This document shows, one piece after another, positions 59,449 to 64,000 of a DNA stretch of 64,000 bases. Position 1 is the first letter of the stretch; each line of letters opens with the position of its first letter. This DNA is from Eledone cirrhosa. Lineage: Eukaryota. Made by a program: the position numbers and the translations under genes. Where the stretch lies: the NCBI GenBank assembly GCA_964016885.1, contig OZ024740.1:281418001-281482000 (forward strand). The letters are read 5' to 3'. The notes beneath the pieces are model-generated. The model was not told the DNA's origin. It saw nothing but the letters and a program-made list of their open reading frames with translations, and did not search any database.

Positions 59449-62400
59449 TGCTAAGCGCCTCGTCTAATTTTCTAACTAATTCTCCCTCTGCTCTATTTTT
59501 CTCTATTGCTAAAGCCTTACTAAACCTAATGGACTCTATTCTAATTGCTCTTTTCAGAGTAAACAACCACTTGTTGTTGACGATGGCCCCCGTCAACGCC
59601 CGCTTAACTAGTTCGCTAATCCGGTCTCTGTAGGCCTTGCGCGCTGGTAAGGACGCGTTTAGCTTCCAGTAGCCGGGGCATCGTCTATGAAGCCTATCTA
59701 AGTCAGGTACCCAGATCACCAATTTGTGGTCCGTGTAGCTGACTATCTTGAATTGTGGACAGCCTATGCTAGACCTATCTATTTCTCTACAAAATACTCT
59801 ATCTAGATATGATCTGGATGACCCTATGCGATTTGTCCAAGTCCAAATTGGCACATTCGGGAAATCCAATCGGTACCTGTCAGACAGTTCAAAACGCCTG
59901 GGCAGGTTGGTGAGGCTCTTGCACCCTCTTCCCCTATCCGCTAATCCCACACAGTCCCAGCGTGCATCTAAGATCCCGTTCAAGTCGCCCACTAACACTA
60001 AAGAGCGGGACGTTCCAAGAAAGGTCTCCAGACGCCGGAAGAAATCAGGCCGCCCTGCTCCTGTCGGGGCATAGACGGCCACTAACCTGAAAGCTTGCCC
60101 GTCTCCGCTGGTCACGTCCAGCACCACCAACTTACCTTCTGGGTCCAGGAAGATGGCCCGTATGGCAAGATCCAAACATCTCTGAAAAAGCACAGCAACT
60201 CCACCCTCCCGATCCCGGACGGCTGGGAGATGCGTACACATCGTAGCCGCCGAAGATCGGTGCGAAGGCCCGTGCTTCGTACATTCTGGTCTCGCTGATG
60301 GCCACTACATCTATGTTTAGTGACCTGATGTTGTTGAGCAGGTGGCCCTGCTTCCATGACGACCCCATGCCACGCGCATTTATGCTGCCTATTCTGAGTG
60401 AGGTCATGTTGAAATGGAGTGGACAAGATGGGAAAGACCACTTACCTTACTTCTCGTAGAGGAAGGACGGTTTTTCCATCCTTTTCACTGCTTGTGGCCT
60501 CCTCAGGAAGAATGTCCTTATAAATCCTCCTGGAGAGTGCTTGTCGGAAGTCTTCGATGTCTTTGGGGAATTTTTGTTTTAGTGTCATGTACGTTTTCTG
60601 TGTGATGCGTGTGATTTGTATGTGTGAAGGTGGTGTGAATTTTTGGGTTGTTGTGTAGTCTTTTTCTGTGATGCTGGTGTTGTGTTGCATGTAGTGTAAT
60701 AATTGGTTGTTGTTCAAATTTAATGCTGTGTAGTGTGTATGGTTTTGGTTGTTTTGTTTCGTTTGCGTTTGTGATGGTGGTGTTGGGGTTAATGATGGTG
60801 ATGGTGTTGGTGTTTGTGGTGATGGGGTTGGTGATGCTGGTGTGGATGGTGGCATATCTGTCCTAACTTTTTTGTTTGTTAATTTATTTGTTTCCCTCTG
60901 TATTTTGTTTTTGGAGGGGGAAGGAAGAGAATTTTTTCTTTTTTGGTTTCTTTTTTTCTTTTTTCCTGATACAGTTTCCCACTCCTCGTCGTCACAATCT
61001 GTCTCCAGTTGTGATAGGCCGGGGAGTGGAAAATCCTCCACAGGCGTTAGTTTTGGTTGTGGCGTGGTGGATGGCGTGGGCGCTGGTGCTAGTTCTGAAG
61101 CGTTGGATGGTGGTGGTGTTGGTTTTGCTACTGTTGCTGGGGTTGTTGCTGTTATAGTTGCTTCTGTTGTTGCTGCTACAGTTGTTGCTGCAATCTCTGC
61201 TACTGGTGGTGTTGATGGTTGAGTCACTGGGGTGGGTAGGAGAGGTGGCCTCAACCTTTTAGCCTGAGGGCAGAAAGCCCTTAGGTGGGTTCCTTCACCA
61301 GAAACGACACACCTAGGCCTTCTGCCCTCAACAATTACGTTGAGGTGGCTGCCGTCAGTGAGGTCTATTACCTCTGGGATCCGCTCAATGCTTTTTTGGT
61401 CCGCTTGGATCAGGAGCTCCATCCCAGATCCGGACCAGTTCTCCTGCTTTTCTTTTGCTATTGCTATTATCTTTGTGTTGGCTTCGATGCCGCGAGGACG
61501 GCCGCTATTAGCCAGGGAATTTCGATGGCCGGTGGAACGTGGGTCACCCTGATCTTTACGAGTCTCTGGCCACAATAGCTTGGGACGAGTGTGAAGTAGG
61601 CACTTGTTAATGGGGACATGGATTGTTCTCTAGCCTCCTCTGGTGTTTCAAAGAACACGTCCACGGTTCCATACTTCTGCCCACGTCTGATGTGGGTTTT
61701 TCTTGCCCACACATGTCCCAAAGCTTTTTGGATTTGGGACTCGGATGCCCGTTCCACTCGGCGCGATTTTACATTAATTGTTCGATACGACACGGTGCAT
61801 AGGCGCCGATGCTCCATTTTATTAGATGGGGCGGGGGGGGGGAGCCTGACCCTGTACCATCTTTCTTTACTATTTTTTTGGCATTTTCTAATTCCTCCTG
61901 AGTTACCTGAAATGCTTCGCACTGTTTTGCTACTCTGGCAAAACTCAGGGTGGTTTTTTTAATGTCATTGTTGCTGTTGTTTTTATTGTTATTTTTGTTA
62001 TTATTAATTTTAGTTTCAGTTGTGGTGGTGGTGACGTCAGTGGTGTTCGGTGTGGAAGATTCCATTTTGGTTGAAATCATTTCGACATAACGAGTTGATT
62101 TATTTTTTCCTGTTGTTTCTGTTGTCGCGGTGGTGTTGGGGGTGGTGGTTGTCGCGCTGGTGGTGGTGGTGGCGGCTTTAAAACCTGCAGTCATTGGTAA
62201 TGGCGGGAAATGAATGTCTGCCTGAGACAAATTTAAAATATTGCTACTGATTAAATTTTTAATGTTGGCAAACGTAGTAATATTTAAAATGGTGGTGCCG
62301 GTGTGAGGTGTTAGTTTATGAGGAATAGCTCTCAGCTGCTTGGTGCAGAGATGATTTAGCCATTTTTTTTTCAAAGAAATTTTTTGATAATCATAAAAGT

Positions 62401-62573
62401 TTAAATTTTGGGCACAAGGCCCCAATCTTTTTGGGTGTCCTTTTTGGAAAACAATGTATGTGCGCTTATATACAGTTAACAACAAAATTTTCCATAAATG
62501 GCAATTTTTAACAAACGGAAACAACAAACCTTTGCGGAGCTCACGATGATACGATTTACTACGTAGGTCGCCA
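59449..62573 (-). mobile_element. Tx1/L1-clade LINE copy 2: 5' UTR, frameshifted ORF1, APE domain; 3'-truncated
   Basis: 59449-60760 is a close reverse-complement match to 1-1128. ORF1 has a degenerate zinc knuckle (CVVSGEGTHLRAFC), Pro/Thr-rich tracts and a basic patch. The apparent 5' end abuts (AAT)n. Confidence 0.9.
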
Positions 62574-62578
62574 ATAAT

Positions 62579-62639
<61 letters not shown>

Positions 62640-62657
62640 TTAATAATAATAATAATA

Positions 62658-62690
<33 letters not shown>
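62574..62690. repeat. (AAT)n microsatellite between Tx1 5' end and a Dong element
   Basis: Read directly from the sequence. Confidence 0.97.
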
Positions 62691-62691
<1 letters not shown>

Positions 62692-64000
62692 AGCAACGTT
62701 CACCAGAGGAAAGCTGCTGAAGAGTTCAGACATTAATCTTGATCGGGGGAACGTGATAAGAGAGCTTGATCAAGAAAAAACTTACAAATATCTAGGTGTT
62801 TGTGAAGGAGACGGAATCAAGCACTCGACAATGAGGGAAAGGATAAGGAAGGAATGTTACCGCAGAGTCAGAGCAATCTTAAGAACGGAATTGAATGCAA
62901 GGAATAGGATCGATGCCATAAACACGCTTGCCATACCAGTAGTAACCTACAGTTACAATGTCATCAACTGGTCAAGCACAGAGATCCGTAGGCTCGATAC
63001 AAAAATCCGAAAATTCTTAACCATGCACAGAATGCATCACCCTAAGGCAGACATAGATAGAATATATCTCCCTAGGAAAGAAGGAGGACGTGGGTTAATC
63101 CAGTTAGACATTGCGTTGAAAACTGCAACAATTGGATTATCCACATATCTAAGGGAATCACATGATTGGATGATCAAACTCGTTTTGAAACACGAAAGCA
63201 CCAAAAGATCATATTCCATTACAAAAGATGCACAAAGATACAGTAATGGACTACAAATTTCAGAAGTCCCATTTACTGCTGAAATGGAAAACACAGAAGA
63301 AGCAAAGCAGGTAAAAGTAACTGCAAAGAAAGAACTGCTACAGAAACTGGCTAAGAAATGGCAAGAAAAGCCTCTGTATGGAAAATACCCAGAGCGAGCT
63401 AACAATCCTGATGTTGACAAAACTTTAACCCATCAGTGGTTGGCATCCTCTGGACTGAAATCGGAGACTGAAGGACTGATTATATCGGCACAAGATCAGT
63501 GTCTGCCAACAAAAAATTACCAAGCCAACATAATAAAAAATGGGTGCAGCCCATTATGCCGTGTATGTAAAAAACAACCAGAGACCATTGACCATATAAT
63601 TTCAATGTGCAGTCCTATAGCTCCAACCGAATACCTAAAGAGGCATGACAGAGCTGCACAATACATACATTGGATAATGTGTAAGCATTTTGACCTGCCC
63701 CATCAAAAGAATTGGTGGGAGCATCAACCACCTCCCATACTTGAAAAAGATCACATCTCAATCTTGTGGAACTTTAGCATCCAAACAGACCGAAAAATAG
63801 ATGCAAATAGACCTGATATAATATTGAAGGACTTTCAAAGGAGGGTATGCCTGCTAATTGATATGTCTGTTCCAATAGACAAGAATGCATCTATAAAAAC
63901 ATTTGAAAAATTGAGCAAGTATAAGGACCTGGAGATAGAAATTGGAAAAATGTGGAAATTGAGAACTAAAACAATACCAGTGGTTGTAGGCGCTCTGGGA
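62691..64000 (+). mobile_element. R4/Dong-clade element, second subfamily, 5'-truncated, running off the window
   Basis: The frame reads YKYLG, RIYLPRKEGGRGL, SAQDQCL, CRVC..ETIDHIISMC, RHD, NRPDII..IDMSVP..EKLSKY and IPVVVGALG. Confidence 0.88.

Overview
Repeat-saturated, AT-rich animal DNA; the SINE types and microsatellite load suggest a cephalopod such as Octopus (inference). I recognise no host gene exon. The window holds two copies of a Tx1/L1-clade LINE, three R4/Dong-type (RLE endonuclease) LINEs in (AAT)n microsatellites, RTE-clade remnants, several decayed Penelope-like elements (PLEs; RT plus GIY-YIG), tRNA-derived SINEs and two hAT MITEs. The main signal is non-coding. Hand folding finds about 30 type I hammerhead ribozyme (HHR) motifs, intact or decayed, on both strands. 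They lie in PLE termini, in long inverted repeats, and in ORF-less tandem arrays with monomers of about 483, 518, 554 and 716 bp, each monomer carrying one HHR. These arrays look like several families of large retrozyme-like, potentially circRNA-forming elements mobilised by PLEs and inserted in (TA)n. All folds are by eye and no self-cleavage is demonstrated.
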